From a bacterium (GTDB taxonomy: Bacteria; Elusimicrobiota; Elusimicrobia; Elusimicrobiales; UBA9959), in the NCBI GenBank assembly GCA_021811185.1, contig JAJZPL010000005.1, positions 42,694 to 106,693 of the forward strand: a DNA stretch of 64,000 nt, read 5' to 3'. This document shows positions 63,395 through 64,000 of the stretch, one piece after another. Position 1 is the stretch's first letter. The number at the start of each line of letters is the position of its first letter. The notes beneath the pieces are model-generated. The model saw only the letters and a program-made list of their open reading frames with translations, made no database searches and was not told the DNA's origin. The position numbers and the translations under genes are program-made.

Positions 63395-63424
63395 TTGAAC
63401 ACCCCCCCCCGCATTTGTTAGAAT
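63395..63424 (+). promoter_or_regulatory. Candidate promoter of the cyclase-family gene with a C9 tract in the spacer
   Basis: TTGAAC (63395-63400), 18-nt spacer containing C9 (63402-63410), TAGAAT (63419-63424). Confidence 0.45.
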
Positions 63425-63482
63425 TTCCCTATAGCAGGCCGGCCGTATTTAGAGCGTCCGCGACCTAACGGAGGACCCACCA

Positions 63483-64000
63483 ATGAAACCCAACGACTTT
63501 ATGAAATTTATGGAAAAGGCGAAGATGTACGACCTTACCCAGCCCTTGAGCATCCATACCCCTCCGTGGCCCAGCTATATGCCGCTCGGGCTGCAGTATT
63601 TCAAACGCATCGCCGGCGCGCACATGGGCCAGGGCGCCAACGGCCAGATCATGACCACCTCCAACCACGTGGGTACCCACATGGACGGCGAGATCCACTT
63701 TTACAGCGCCGGCCGCACCATCGGCGAAGTCCCGATGAAGGAATGGATCGGCAACGCGGTTGTCGTGGACATTTCCAAGGACGTAGGCGATTACGACCTT
63801 TATGAGCCCGAGCTGCTGATGAAGCGCGCCGACATCCGCAAGGGCGACATCCTTATCATAAACACCGGCTACCACAAGTACGCCTGGTACGAAAAGGGCA
63901 CCTGCGACGAAGTGCGCTACTTCTGCAAGCACCCCGGCCCCGGTCCCCGCTTCCACAAGTGGGCGCTCGACATGAAGTTCAAATGGATAGGCGTGGACTG
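63483..64000 (+). CDS. Cyclase-family protein (kynurenine-formamidase-like fold), truncated at the window end
   Basis: Read by eye: GGAGGA SD, ATG at 63483, HVGTHMDGEIH motif, open to position 64000. Absent from the track because it has no stop. Confidence 0.82.
   Translation, partial: MKPNDFMKFMEKAKMYDLTQPLSIHTPPWPSYMPLGLQYFKRIAGAHMGQGANGQIMTTSNHVGTHMDGEIHFYSAGRTIGEVPMKEWIGNAVVVDISKDVGDYDLYEPELLMKRADIRKGDILIINTGYHKYAWYEKGTCDEVRYFCKHPGPGPRFHKWALDMKFKWIGVD

Overview
GC-rich chromosomal segment from a diderm bacterium (TolC-, Omp85- and YidC-type proteins, gmhA). I cannot assign a phylum from sequence alone. It is almost entirely housekeeping.

Minus strand, about 0.4-41.7 kb:
- lipA-aspS-hisS.
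- A cusCBA-like heavy-metal RND efflux operon, followed by a periplasmic Cys-rich protein and a Crp/Fnr regulator.
- A division/cell-wall (dcw) cluster, mraZ-rsmH-ftsL-ftsI-murE-murF / mraY-murD-ftsW-murG. It is split by an oppositely oriented clostripain-like (C11) peptidase gene and stops at murG.
- The classic origin-proximal block rsmG-mnmG-mnmE-jag-yidC-yidD-rnpA-rpmH.

Plus strand, from about 41.9 kb:
- recO and glyQS.
- A DUF4266/DUF3570/ApbE/CcdA/TlpA envelope redox cluster.
- rpsB-tsf-pyrH-gmhA-frr-uppS-cdsA-dxr-rseP-ispG-proS.
- A small PAS-like Cys-rich protein and a truncated cyclase-family gene.

I saw no rRNA, tRNA, CRISPR array, transposase, integrase or phage genes. Many long ORFs in the track are antisense shadow ORFs typical of GC-rich DNA. 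Several track ORFs carry spurious N-terminal extensions, which I trimmed to starts preceded by a Shine-Dalgarno (SD) sequence.

Most unusual items:
1. Three tandem, promoter-plus-terminator-bounded units of about 88 nt at 13.3-13.7 kb that look like paralogous small RNA genes.
2. Three compound GC hairpins of about 130 nt at two loci, two of them sharing an 18-nt flank.
3. The ApbE-centred cluster, in which the DUF3570-like barrel carries a DxxTGAS flavinylation-type motif and the ApbE has no signal peptide.
4. A 56-codon SD-led ORF in the rsmH-ftsL gap.

All functional calls rest on motifs recognised by eye; no searches were run.
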